Assembly: GCA_045586595.1 (NCBI GenBank)
Contig: JAZNAQ010000031.1
Location: 36,143 to 100,142 of the forward strand
DNA from: Eubacteriales bacterium
Lineage (GTDB): Bacteria > Bacillota > Clostridia > Oscillospirales > JAAYXM01
Reading direction: 5' to 3'
DNA: 64,000 nucleotides
The notes below the pieces were generated by a model. It had not been told where the DNA came from. It ran no database searches and saw only the letters and a program-made list of their open reading frames with translations. The position numbers and the translations under genes were made by a program. This document shows positions 29,264-38,292 of the stretch, one piece after another. The stretch's first letter is position 1; every line of letters begins with the position of its first letter.

Positions 29264-30319
29264 TTATATCTCCGCACTCGCGGGCTTTATGTCTATTTTA
29301 TAGCCTGTGAGCTTTGCCGCAAGTCTTGCATTCTGACCGTCCTTGCCTATTGCAAGCGAGAGCTGGTCGTCCTCAACAACTACGCGGCAGGTGCGCTCCT
29401 CTTCGTTTGCATCAACAGAAATTACGTTAGCCGGAGCAAGAGCCGCCGCGATATATTCAGCTACATCTTCTGAATACTTTACTATATCTATCTTCTCGCC
29501 GCGAATTTCTTCAACTATCGCTGCAACACGATTTCCTCTCGGGCCAACACATGCGCCTATCGGGTCTACGTTTTCATCATGAGAGTAAACTGCGATTTTT
29601 GTTCTCGAGCCGGCCTCGCGAGCTATGCTCTTAACCTCAACGGTGCCGTCGTGTATTTCGGGAACTTCAATCTCGAACAGACGGCGTACAAGCCCCGAGT
29701 GAGTTCTCGATATAATGATCTGCGGGCCGCGTTCGCTTCTTTTGACCTCAACAACATAAACTTTTATGCGGTCACCCTCGTGAATAATCTCTCCCGGAAT
29801 CTGCTCTTTTACAGAGAGATAAACCTCTGTTTTTTCGTTTGCGCCGGTTATCTCGATTGATGCGCCACCGCTTCTCGGATCTGTGCGTGTAACCAGCGCC
29901 GTGAGGATTTCATGTTCTTTTGATGTGAACTCGCGGAACACAACCCCACGCTCTGCCTCGCGTATGCCCTGAATGATGACCTGCTTCGCTGTCTGAGCCG
30001 CAATTCTGCCGAAATCACGGGTAGAAACCTCGATACTTACGATATCACCGAGGCCGGCCTTTTGGGAGACCTTTTTTGCCTCGTCAAGGCTTATCTCCTC
30101 GGCCGGGTTCTCAACAGTCTCTACCACTGTTTTCTTGACATACATACGAAACTCTTTTTTCTCGCAATCAGGCTCGACAAACACATTATCTATGATTCCT
30201 GAATTGTCGCGCTTGTATGCAGCGAGAAGAGCCTGGCCGACCTTCTCAAGCATATAGTCCTGCGGGATGCCCTTTTCTTTTTCGAGCTGCTCGATTGCAG
30301 CAAAAAATTCTGCGTTCAT
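29264..30319 (-). CDS. nusA: Transcription termination/antitermination factor NusA
   Basis: 351 aa with the N-terminal domain, S1 and two KH domains (GPRGNRV, IGKDGQNARLAAKLTG). Confidence 0.93.
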   Translation of the reverse strand: MNAEFFAAIEQLEKEKGIPQDYMLEKVGQALLAAYKRDNSGIIDNVFVEPDCEKKEFRMYVKKTVVETVENPAEEISLDEAKKVSQKAGLGDIVSIEVSTRDFGRIAAQTAKQVIIQGIREAERGVVFREFTSKEHEILTALVTRTDPRSGGASIEITGANEKTEVYLSVKEQIPGEIIHEGDRIKVYVVEVKRSERGPQIIISRTHSGLVRRLFEIEVPEIHDGTVEVKSIAREAGSRTKIAVYSHDENVDPIGACVGPRGNRVAAIVEEIRGEKIDIVKYSEDVAEYIAAALAPANVISVDANEEERTCRVVVEDDQLSLAIGKDGQNARLAAKLTGYKIDIKPASAEI

Positions 30320-30348
30320 TTTTCTAACCGTCCCCTTTTGTCTGTATT

Positions 30349-30804
30349 TTAAAATTCAACGCGCAGTCTTACCGACGCGATTTCTTTTTTTGTGAAGATA
30401 ATATCCTCTCCGTCAATGTTCAAAATGACATCTCCGTTATTGTAGCCCGAGAGGTCTCCCCAAAACTCTTTTTTGCCGTTCTTCGGAGAAAAGGTCTTCA
30501 GAGTGACCGCACTGCCCATATAAGCTTCAAAGTCAGACTGTCGGTAGAGCTTGCGCTCAAGCCCTGCGCTTGAGACCTCAAAGATATATGATTCATCTAT
30601 CGGGTCTGCCTCGTCAAGCACCTTGTCAAACGCGCGGGAAAACGCCTCGCAGTCGTCAATCCCGACGCCTGACTCCTTGTCGATATATACGCGGAGATAT
30701 TTCTCCCCGCCCTCTTTCACAAACTCGACATCCCATATCTTAAGGCCGAGTTCTTCTGCGACCGGAGCCGCAAGAGCCGTTACTATTTCTGTTATTCTGT
30801 TCAA
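30349..30804 (-). CDS. rimP: Ribosome maturation factor RimP
   Basis: AAGGGG followed by 8 nt and TTG at 30804 gives LNRITEIVTALAAPVAEELGLKIWDVEFVKEGGEKYLRVYID, a RimP-type N-terminus. The ORF-track extension to 30849 covers a leader hairpin. Confidence 0.85.
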   Translation of the reverse strand: MNRITEIVTALAAPVAEELGLKIWDVEFVKEGGEKYLRVYIDKESGVGIDDCEAFSRAFDKVLDEADPIDESYIFEVSSAGLERKLYRQSDFEAYMGSAVTLKTFSPKNGKKEFWGDLSGYNNGDVILNIDGEDIIFTKKEIASVRLRVEF

Positions 30805-30819
30805 AAAAACACCCCTTAC

Positions 30820-30872
30820 AGTAGTTCGAGAGTGGACGCGCTCGCCCACTCTCGAATTCTTACTTTACTACT
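30820..30872 (-). promoter_or_regulatory. Leader stem-loop of the rimP-nusA operon
   Basis: An 11-bp perfect inner stem UUCGAGAGUGG/CCACUCUCGAA (30825..30856) is extended by AGUAG/CUACU. It lies between the predicted -10 element and the rimP RBS. Confidence 0.45.
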
Positions 30873-30880
30873 ATATGGTG

Positions 30881-30909
30881 AGTATACCACACATATCCTG
30901 AAAATGCAA
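30881..30909 (-). promoter_or_regulatory. Sigma-A type promoter of the rimP-nusA-infB operon (TTGCAT-17 nt-TATACT)
   Basis: The minus strand reads TTGCATtttcaggatatgtgtggTATACT. Confidence 0.5.
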
Positions 30910-30934
30910 GTTTTTTCAGAAAAAAGTTTGTTTT

Positions 30935-32428
30935 TTATTGTTCTCCGTTAAAATCTATCTGACTTTTGTCTATAAGCTTTGCTTTTTTGTCTGAATTTGC
31001 GTATTGCTCAGCAAGCTGTATTGCCTTTTCGAGCTGTGTGTCCTCAGCAACATATTTATACTCAAGTTTTTTTGTTTCCTCGTCTATCTTTTCGATAATC
31101 TCCCATTTGCACACAGAGCTTATCTTTGGCAGATTGTTTTCACGGCAGAAAACATTTATCGCGTTAACGGTGCGGTTGTCCCAATTATCATCCGGTACCG
31201 CATAGAAGTATCCAAGCTCGCGCAAGCGCTCCTCAAGCGCGCGGACATTCTCCGTTTTTATTTTACTTGCATCGTATTTGACTTTCAGCGGAGTAAGATA
31301 CGGCAACTTATATGGGGTAAGCTTCATCGACACTTTATAATCGGGAGTTATTCCCACTCCGTCATAGCCTCCACTTGTCGGGAGCTTAAGCTCTAGCCCC
31401 GTAATGATTGCTTCATCACCGTCGCTCGTCTTTATATGAGACTGCCCCATACCCTTGCCAAACGTCTGCTCACCCACAACAACAGCATAGCCGAGGTCCT
31501 GCATAATCCCTGTCATGAGTTCTGCCGCACTTGCAGTATTTTTGTTTACGAGTATTATGAACTTGTTAAACTCCCACCCGTAGCCTTCAGAGGAGAACAC
31601 ATTTACTTTGAGCGGTTTTGCCTGCCACGCAAACAAATATGGAACATCGGCCTCAGGGATAATGTTGTCCATAAGGTTTACAAGGCAGCTGAGTTCTCCG
31701 CCCGGATTGTTTCTAAGGTCAAGAATTACAGTATTTACACCTTTTTCTTCAAAGTCATCATACACCCTCATAAAGTCGATATACGAGGATATCCCGTTAA
31801 AATGTGCAAGCTCTATGTAACCAATCTTGTCGCTTATATAAGAGGAGGTGACATCTGATGTTGCAACCTTTGCACGTTTTACAGTAACGTTCAGAGGCTG
31901 TCCGTCACGGAGCATCCTGAGCTTCACGCTCGTACCCTCCTTGCCTCGAATGAGTGTACTCGCCTCAGCCGGCAGATAACCTTCTATGTTCATTCCGTCG
32001 ACAGCAACGAACTTATCACCCGCAAGGATTCCGGCCTTCTCCGCAGGCCCGCCGTTTACAACACTCTGTACCGTGAGGTAACCGTCTTCCGATGTTGTTA
32101 TGACAACGCCGATACCCACCATGGTGCTCTGCATCTCATAACTCTTGTCATAATCTTCTGGAGTAAGGTATTTTGCGTATCTGTCACCCCTGCCGTAAAT
32201 CTTGTTTATTAGTGTGTAGAAAAGTTCGGGGTTTTCCTCAAACATTTCTATGAGCGCCTCACGCACATAGTCAGTCTCATTGTTTGAATACATGCTGTGG
32301 TTGAGGTAGAGTGCAAGTGCCTCATCAAGCTTTGCACCATAATCAACATCTGCCGCAAACGCAAAGCATGAAAGCGACATAATAAGCGAAATAATAAGAG
32401 CAACGCCTTTTATTGTGGTCTTTCTCAT
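30935..32428 (-). CDS. S41-family peptidase with C-terminal peptidoglycan-binding-like domain
   Basis: 497 aa with a signal peptide, a PDZ-like region (GGPAEKAGILAGDKFVAVDG) and the Ser region NKNTASAAELMTG. The C-terminal VRALEERLRELGYF...WDNRTVNAINVFCRENNL resembles a PG_binding_1 domain. Confidence 0.8.
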   Translation of the reverse strand: MRKTTIKGVALIISLIMSLSCFAFAADVDYGAKLDEALALYLNHSMYSNNETDYVREALIEMFEENPELFYTLINKIYGRGDRYAKYLTPEDYDKSYEMQSTMVGIGVVITTSEDGYLTVQSVVNGGPAEKAGILAGDKFVAVDGMNIEGYLPAEASTLIRGKEGTSVKLRMLRDGQPLNVTVKRAKVATSDVTSSYISDKIGYIELAHFNGISSYIDFMRVYDDFEEKGVNTVILDLRNNPGGELSCLVNLMDNIIPEADVPYLFAWQAKPLKVNVFSSEGYGWEFNKFIILVNKNTASAAELMTGIMQDLGYAVVVGEQTFGKGMGQSHIKTSDGDEAIITGLELKLPTSGGYDGVGITPDYKVSMKLTPYKLPYLTPLKVKYDASKIKTENVRALEERLRELGYFYAVPDDNWDNRTVNAINVFCRENNLPKISSVCKWEIIEKIDEETKKLEYKYVAEDTQLEKAIQLAEQYANSDKKAKLIDKSQIDFNGEQ

Positions 32429-32443
32429 CTCTTTATCCTCCGT

Positions 32444-32884
32444 TTAATTTGCAATATCTGGAGAAGCCTCGCGAATATCCATAAACAGCGCGCTCTCACC
32501 CGCTACGGCATTGTTTATCTCCATTGCGTAGTCTATTTTCATGCTCCCTCCTGCGTCGGTCAGCCGTTTGTCAATGCTTCTCGTGCTGACACCTACGGTA
32601 AGAGCCCCAAACCCCATGTCGTAATAGGAAATATGCTTTTGCCCCTCCTCAAACACCATATGGGATTGCAGGTCTCCGAAGCGAATAACCGTCACCTTGT
32701 TTTTCTCAATCTTGACGGTTGTTGTTGTATCGCCGAGCCCCGTAATTTCGCTTTCTTTATAAGACACATAGTAGTTGCCGCCTTTTTCGTAAAAGCGACC
32801 GCTTGTCACAAGCTCTACGCTGTCGTCGTTTGAATCCTCAAACGATTGCAAGCCTCGAATTGTTATAATTACATCCTTCTTCAT
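32444..32884 (-). CDS. DUF1934 (YwiB-like) beta-barrel protein
   Basis: 146 aa. The pattern VELVTSGRFYEKGGNYYVSYKESE...TTTVKIEKNKVTVIRFG is typical of DUF1934. Confidence 0.6.
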   Translation of the reverse strand: MKKDVIITIRGLQSFEDSNDDSVELVTSGRFYEKGGNYYVSYKESEITGLGDTTTTVKIEKNKVTVIRFGDLQSHMVFEEGQKHISYYDMGFGALTVGVSTRSIDKRLTDAGGSMKIDYAMEINNAVAGESALFMDIREASPDIAN

Positions 32885-32907
32885 AAATTTCTTTTATTTC
32901 CTCCGGA

Positions 32908-33708
32908 TTATTTTCCTACTGTTTTCAGCTCCACCTCACCGCAGAGCTTGCCGCCGAGAAACTTTGATGCATTTGATAAAAAGCCCTCGCGGTCATCAGA
33001 GACAAAAAATCTGCATTTGCCGCCCTTTTCGTTCTTTTTTATATCTGCGCATGACTTTAAGCATTTAGCCGCTTCAAAGCCGGGGTTTATAAGCGAAACC
33101 TCATCCCCCATAAACCTCGCTATCGCCAGCTCGATTATCGGGTAATGTGTACACCCCATTATGAGTGTGTCCACTCCTGCGTTTTTTATAGGTGTGAGAT
33201 ATTCTTCAACCATTGTATACAGAACAACATCGTCCGGGTCTGTCCTTCCGTTTTCAACAAGCGGCACAAAGAGAGGACACGCAGCCGTGTAAATCTCAGC
33301 GCGCGGCGACATTGTCAATATCTCTCGCTCATACGAGCGGCTTTTTATCGTCGCAGGCGTTCCTATTATTCCGATCTTCATATTCTTCGTCGCCGCAACC
33401 GCCGCATTTGAAGCAGGCTTCACAACACCTATTACCGGCACATCATATTCATGCGCTATCTGTGGCAGCGATACCGAGCTCGCGGTTCCGCACGCCATGA
33501 TTACAGCCTTTATGTCAAAGCTTTTGAGGAAATCTATGTCCTCACGAACATATCTCATTATCGTATCCTTCGAGCGCGTACCATATGGCACGCGGGCAGT
33601 GTCTCCGAAGTAAACTATTTCCTCATCGGGAAGAAGGCTCATAATCTCAGCAACGGCGGTAAGCCCGCCAAGCCCCGAGTCAAACACGCCGATAGGTCTT
33701 CTGTCCAT
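32908..33708 (-). CDS. murI: Glutamate racemase
   Basis: Shows IGVFDSGLGGLT, ACGTAS and GCTHYP motifs. GGAGAG followed by 6 nt and the ATG at 33708 is the likely start. The ORF extends to GTG 33729. Confidence 0.92.
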   Translation of the reverse strand: MDRRPIGVFDSGLGGLTAVAEIMSLLPDEEIVYFGDTARVPYGTRSKDTIMRYVREDIDFLKSFDIKAVIMACGTASSVSLPQIAHEYDVPVIGVVKPASNAAVAATKNMKIGIIGTPATIKSRSYEREILTMSPRAEIYTAACPLFVPLVENGRTDPDDVVLYTMVEEYLTPIKNAGVDTLIMGCTHYPIIELAIARFMGDEVSLINPGFEAAKCLKSCADIKKNEKGGKCRFFVSDDREGFLSNASKFLGGKLCGEVELKTVGK

Positions 33709-33710
33709 AC

Positions 33711-34760
33711 TCAACTCTCCAATGCACACGCAATTATTCTATCAAGAAGCTCTGAAAATTCTATTCCGCATGCAGCAAAAAGCTTTGCGTACATACTTAT
33801 ATCGGTAAAACCGGGAATAGTGTTTATCTCATTAAAGACTATCTCGCCGCTTGTTTTTTCTACAAAAAAGTCAACTCGCGAGAGCCCGCGACACCCAAGT
33901 GCCATATAAATTTTCTTTGCATATCCGCGAATGGCCTCTGCTGTTTCTTCAGGCAAGTCTGCAGGAATTACGGTTTCTGACGTGTTGTCAACATATTTTG
34001 ACTCGTATGAATAGAACTCGCGCGAGGGGATTATCTCGCCGCATACTGAAATTTCAGGCTCATTATTACCGAGCGCTGCCGTTTCAATCTCACGCGCATC
34101 TATGAATTCCTCAACGAGCACCTTGCCCCCGTACCTGAGCGCATCGGTAAGCCCTTTTATCAGGTCCCCACGGCATTTCGCTTTAGAGGTACCTACAGAC
34201 GAGCCTGTTCCGGCGGGCTTTACGAAAACAGGATATGTAAACGTTTTCTCTATTTCCGCTATAATTGCGTCTCCAAAATTTGAGGTTGTGACAAGCACCC
34301 AATCCGCCTGCCGTACTCCCGTTGTCGCCGCGACAAGCTTTGTTATCGACTTATCCATTGAAATTGCACTTGAGAGGCACCCCGGCCCCGCACACGGTAC
34401 CCCCGCAAGCTCAAGCATACCCTGAACTCTGCCGTCCTCACCGTTCTCGCCGTGAAGAACAGGGAAAACAACGTCAACAGGGATAAATGCGCCGTTATCT
34501 ATACAGATTATGCCGCGACGCGCGCGATTTACCGAGAATGTGCACAAATGTTTTTCACACGCCTGCCATGTGTTGTCCCCTATCTCCTCAGGAGTGACCG
34601 ATGGGAGATAGTACCATTCTCCGCCTTTTGTAATACCTATACATATTATATTGTACTTTTCGCGGTTAAGCCCTCGAGTAACACTTTGTGCTGATTTGAG
34701 CGACACATCGTGTTCACTTGATGCCCCGCCGAAAAGAATGCCAAGCTGTAATTTCTGCAT
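33711..34760 (-). CDS. ddl: D-alanine--D-alanine ligase
   Basis: 349 aa with GILFGGASSEHDVSL and ATP-grasp motifs (FVKPAGTGSSVG, NEINTIPGFT). Confidence 0.92.
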   Translation of the reverse strand: MQKLQLGILFGGASSEHDVSLKSAQSVTRGLNREKYNIICIGITKGGEWYYLPSVTPEEIGDNTWQACEKHLCTFSVNRARRGIICIDNGAFIPVDVVFPVLHGENGEDGRVQGMLELAGVPCAGPGCLSSAISMDKSITKLVAATTGVRQADWVLVTTSNFGDAIIAEIEKTFTYPVFVKPAGTGSSVGTSKAKCRGDLIKGLTDALRYGGKVLVEEFIDAREIETAALGNNEPEISVCGEIIPSREFYSYESKYVDNTSETVIPADLPEETAEAIRGYAKKIYMALGCRGLSRVDFFVEKTSGEIVFNEINTIPGFTDISMYAKLFAACGIEFSELLDRIIACALES

Positions 34761-34836
34761 TTTATAACAACTCCAATATGGTTTTTATATTTTCTTTGAC
34801 GATTATTTATATGTGGAAAAAGAAAATCATATGTTG

Positions 34837-34863
34837 TATAATCATATGTATTGTATGATTATA
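34837..34863. promoter_or_regulatory. Perfect 10-bp inverted repeat (TATAATCATA-N7-TATGATTATA) in the ddl / hypothetical-gene divergent region
   Basis: Read directly from the sequence. Both arms contain TATAAT-like hexamers, and ATCATATGT also occurs as a direct repeat at 34826 and 34841. It lies 20 nt upstream of the ATG at 34883. Confidence 0.35.
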
Positions 34864-34882
34864 ATGAAAGTAGGGTGATTAA

Positions 34883-35290
34883 ATGAATATAGAGCTTTCA
34901 TCAAAACAGTTTCGCAGGCTTTTAGACCTCGTATATATAGGTAACTGGGTGCTCAACTCCGCACGCGGGAGCGACCGTATCCCCGATTTTGACATGGTTG
35001 AGAGCTATCTTTTCTCACAATGCCCTAAATACGGCATGAACTCACTCTGTGAGACGGTTGACGGCGAAGTCCTGCCATCACAAGCGTTCTCAGAGGGTGG
35101 CATACACGAAGCCATAATGGACTACGAAGACGCAGTGTTCTTTGAAATTCTCGCAGAGGAGCTTGCCCACCGCGATATAGCAGAAGGCACCTTCGACTCT
35201 GACGAGCTTGCTTCTCTTCGCGAAAGCTATATTCGTGAATTTGAACGAAACGGCATTACAAACGTTAGCGTTGATACAGCCGAGCTATAA
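34883..35290 (+). CDS. Hypothetical small acidic protein
   Basis: 135 aa with RBS AGGGTG, rich in Asp/Glu, and no TM or signal peptide. No family recognised. It overlaps the convergent hemolysin-III-family gene by 6 nt. Confidence 0.55.
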   Translation: MNIELSSKQFRRLLDLVYIGNWVLNSARGSDRIPDFDMVESYLFSQCPKYGMNSLCETVDGEVLPSQAFSEGGIHEAIMDYEDAVFFEILAEELAHRDIAEGTFDSDELASLRESYIREFERNGITNVSVDTAEL

Positions 35291-35953
35291 AATAACGTAT
35301 GCAAAAATCGAGATAAAGTGGCACACGCTGCCGCCAAGCGCGAACAGATGAAATACGGAGTGCATATACTTTTTCTTCTTGCCTATTCCGTAAAGCACAG
35401 CACCTACTGTATAGAGAACTCCTCCGGAAACAAGAAGTGTTACCCCAACGGGCGGCACAGCCGCAACAAGGTCGCGAACAGAGAATACTACCGCCCAGCC
35501 CATTGCAATATAAAGTATCATTGAAACAATGCGGAATTTGTGAACATTTATCGCATTAAGTATAATACCAACCACGGCCGCGGCCCATACAACGTTAAAT
35601 ACTACAAAGCCCGAGCTTTCGCGCATCGCAACGAGAGTATAGGGCGTATATGTTCCCGCTATAAGAAAATATATACTGCAATGGTCAAGTGTTCTGAAAA
35701 TCTTTTTTGCTAGATTTATGCCGAGTGCATGATATATTGTTGAAATTGAATACAGCACAATCATCGATGCCCCGTATATAGAACTGCTTACGATCTTCCA
35801 CACATCTCCCTGACGCGCACTGAACACAACGCACAGCACGAGTGCTACAATTCCAAATGTTGCGCCGAGGCCATGTGATATAGAATTAACAAGCTCTTCT
35901 CCAAGTGTATAGCTCGGTAGCCCAAGCCTTTCTCTTTTTTCCATTTTGTCCAT
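35285..35953 (-). CDS. Hemolysin III / PAQR-family membrane protein
   Basis: 222 aa with seven predicted TM helices. The SHG..., HALG and HSVFHLF histidine motifs are typical of YplQ/Hly-III. Confidence 0.85.
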   Translation of the reverse strand: MDKMEKRERLGLPSYTLGEELVNSISHGLGATFGIVALVLCVVFSARQGDVWKIVSSSIYGASMIVLYSISTIYHALGINLAKKIFRTLDHCSIYFLIAGTYTPYTLVAMRESSGFVVFNVVWAAAVVGIILNAINVHKFRIVSMILYIAMGWAVVFSVRDLVAAVPPVGVTLLVSGGVLYTVGAVLYGIGKKKKYMHSVFHLFALGGSVCHFISIFAYVIL

Positions 35954-36051
35954 ACTTTATTTCTCCTTGTAACTTCTTTTTATAATACCACCTTTTAACT
36001 CAAAATACAATTAAATTTATGAAAACAAAAAATACCATTTCCTCAACAAGC

Positions 36052-36086
36052 ACAAGAGGAACGGCATATAATGCCGTTCCTCTTGT
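36052..36086 (-). terminator. Very stable hairpin after pgcA (16-bp perfect stem, 3-nt loop)
   Basis: ACAAGAGGAACGGCAT-ATA-ATGCCGTTCCTCTTGT. The clean T run (TTTTT) is on the plus-strand side. On the minus strand the stem is followed by GUGCUUGUUG. Confidence 0.55.
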
Positions 36087-36099
36087 TTTTCACTAGAAT

Positions 36100-37803
36100 T
36101 TATTTTGCTATGTCGTTTGCGGCGGCCGCGTATCTGTCTGCAGTTGCATTTGCTTCTTCTAAAGTCGCGCCGTTTGCCATAATATAAACCTTTATCTTCG
36201 GCTCAGTACCCGATGGGCGAATGATAAAGTTTGTTCCGTCCTCCATTTCAAAGTAGAGAACGTCGCTTCCCGAAAGCTCGAGTGTCTCACCTGTGTTTGT
36301 CTTGCCCGAAAGGTAGTCACGCACTCGCTTTACCTTGCCACCAGCAAACTCTGATGGCGGAGTGCTTCGAAGCGTTTCCATGATTGATTTCATCTTTGCA
36401 AGCCCCGTAACACCGGGCATTACGACGTTTACCGTACGCTCTGCATATGCACCGTACTTCTCATAAAGCTTCATCATTGCATCATAAAGACTGAGCCCCT
36501 GCGTTCTGTAATACGACGCCATTTCTGCAATCATCATAGATGCGGTTACCGCGTCCTTATCGCGGCAGAAATCGCCGATGAGGTAGCCGTATGACTCTTC
36601 ATATCCGAGCAGGAAGCCTTCACTGCCTACAGCTTCAATCTTTTCGGCGATAAACTTAAATCCGGTGAAGGTTTCATACATTTTTACGTTGTTCATCTCA
36701 CAAACCTTGCGAGCCATCTCGGTTGTAACAATCGTTTTTATTGCATACGCTTTATCGCCCAGCGTACCCGCGCGTTTCTTTGCACCTATTATATAGTTGA
36801 GCAGAAGTACGCCCATCTGGTTGCCGGTAATAGTGACATACTCACCCGCATCATTTCTTACAACTACGCCTACACGGTCAGCGTCCGGGTCTGTGCCTAT
36901 AATCAAATCTACGTTCTCGCGCTTTGCAAGCTCTATCGCCAGAGCAAAGCCCTCGCGGTTTTCGGGGTTCGGGCTCTTGACCGTCGGGAAATTCCCATCA
37001 GGCATCGACTGTTCAGGAACGCTTATTACGTTTTCAAGGCCGATTCGAGAGAGTATTTCAGGGACAAGCTTATAGCCTGTGCCATGGAAAGGTGTAAAAA
37101 CTATCTTAAAGTCGCCGGCAACGGTTTTGGGCGCTTCGCGGTTTATTGCACAGCCGAGAGCATGAACGAGGAAAGCCTCATCAACCTCTTCTCCCATTAC
37201 TGTTATGAGGTCGCGGCTTACAGCCTCGTCAAAGTCCATCGTCTTAACGCCTGTGAAAATATCGGTTTTCTCTATCTCGGCAAGAACAACGTCTGCCTCC
37301 TTCGGAGGAAGCTGAGCGCCGTCCTCCCAGTATGCCTTATACCCGTTATATTCTTTGGGGTTGTGGCTTGCAGTTATATTTATACCCGCTATGCACTGCA
37401 ATGCGCGCACTGCAAATGAAAGCTCGGGAGTCGGACGAAGTGCCTCAAAGAGGTATACATGAATTCCGTTTGCAGCAAGCACGCAGGCCGCCTCACGCGA
37501 AAACACATCGCTCCCTATCCGGCAGTCCATACAAACTGCCACTCCGCGCTCCATCTCTTCCTTGCCCATTCCGCAGATAAGGGCGGCAAGGCCCTGGGTT
37601 GCCTGGCGCACGGTATATATGTTCATACGGTTTATTCCCATGCCGAGAACTCCGCGAAGCCCGGCCGTGCCGAACTTAAGCGGGGCATAGAAGCGGTCTT
37701 CAATCTCCGCCTCATTATCCTTTATGGCAAGAAGCTCGTCTCTCTCCTCGGCGGTAAGACACTCTGCATTAAGCCATCTTTCGTATTCTGCTCTGTAACT
37801 CAT
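36100..37803 (-). CDS. pgcA: Phosphoglucomutase / phosphomannomutase family protein (PgcA-like)
   Basis: Carries the active-site loop GINITASHNPKEYNGYK and the metal loop GTDPDADR. GGAGG followed by 8 nt and the ATG at 37803 is the likely start. The ORF runs to 37872, overlapping rlmH. Confidence 0.88.
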   Translation of the reverse strand: MSYRAEYERWLNAECLTAEERDELLAIKDNEAEIEDRFYAPLKFGTAGLRGVLGMGINRMNIYTVRQATQGLAALICGMGKEEMERGVAVCMDCRIGSDVFSREAACVLAANGIHVYLFEALRPTPELSFAVRALQCIAGINITASHNPKEYNGYKAYWEDGAQLPPKEADVVLAEIEKTDIFTGVKTMDFDEAVSRDLITVMGEEVDEAFLVHALGCAINREAPKTVAGDFKIVFTPFHGTGYKLVPEILSRIGLENVISVPEQSMPDGNFPTVKSPNPENREGFALAIELAKRENVDLIIGTDPDADRVGVVVRNDAGEYVTITGNQMGVLLLNYIIGAKKRAGTLGDKAYAIKTIVTTEMARKVCEMNNVKMYETFTGFKFIAEKIEAVGSEGFLLGYEESYGYLIGDFCRDKDAVTASMMIAEMASYYRTQGLSLYDAMMKLYEKYGAYAERTVNVVMPGVTGLAKMKSIMETLRSTPPSEFAGGKVKRVRDYLSGKTNTGETLELSGSDVLYFEMEDGTNFIIRPSGTEPKIKVYIMANGATLEEANATADRYAAAANDIAK

Positions 37804-37816
37804 TATGTATTCCTCC

Positions 37817-38290
37817 TCATTTATGATACCCTGAGCCTTCTTCAATCTTGAATACACGATATATTTGCTCAAGCACCATTACTCTTGCGAGGTGGTGCGG
37901 AAATGTCATTTTTGACATCGAAAGCTTAAAATCTGCTCGGGCCTTTATGCTATCGTGTATCCCGTTTGACCCTCCGATTATAAAACACAGACGGCTGCGC
38001 CCCGTACATTTAAGGCTAACCACTCTCTCTGAAAGTTCTTCGCTGGAGAGATGCTTTCCCTCTATACACATACATATTACATATGCATCCTTAGGGATTT
38101 TTGCCGAAATCCGCTCAGCCTCGTCAGAAAGTGCGCGCGAAACCTCTGCGGGATTTGATGCCGGTGTTTCGGAAACCTCATGTACACTCAACTTGCAATA
38201 TGCCCCCATCCGCTTTTTATATTCGTCGCAAGCGGCGGAAAAGAATTTTTCTTTTAATTTCCCCACGCAGATAATATCAACACCAAGCAT
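37817..38290 (-). CDS. rlmH: 23S rRNA (pseudouridine1915-N3)-methyltransferase
   Basis: 157 aa. SPOUT fold motifs fit RlmH (IICVGKLKEKFF, FIIGGSNG, MTFPHHLARVMVLEQIYR). Confidence 0.9.
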   Translation of the reverse strand: MLGVDIICVGKLKEKFFSAACDEYKKRMGAYCKLSVHEVSETPASNPAEVSRALSDEAERISAKIPKDAYVICMCIEGKHLSSEELSERVVSLKCTGRSRLCFIIGGSNGIHDSIKARADFKLSMSKMTFPHHLARVMVLEQIYRVFKIEEGSGYHK

Positions 38291-38292
38291 TG

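Noticed and set aside
30805-30849. N-terminal extension of the RimP ORF, and the T7 run at 30806-30812 as an intrinsic terminator.
   Set aside because: The extension codes through the leader hairpin and precedes the good RBS/TTG start. The T run is 17 nt from the stem and lies between the RBS and the start codon, so it is not a canonical terminator.
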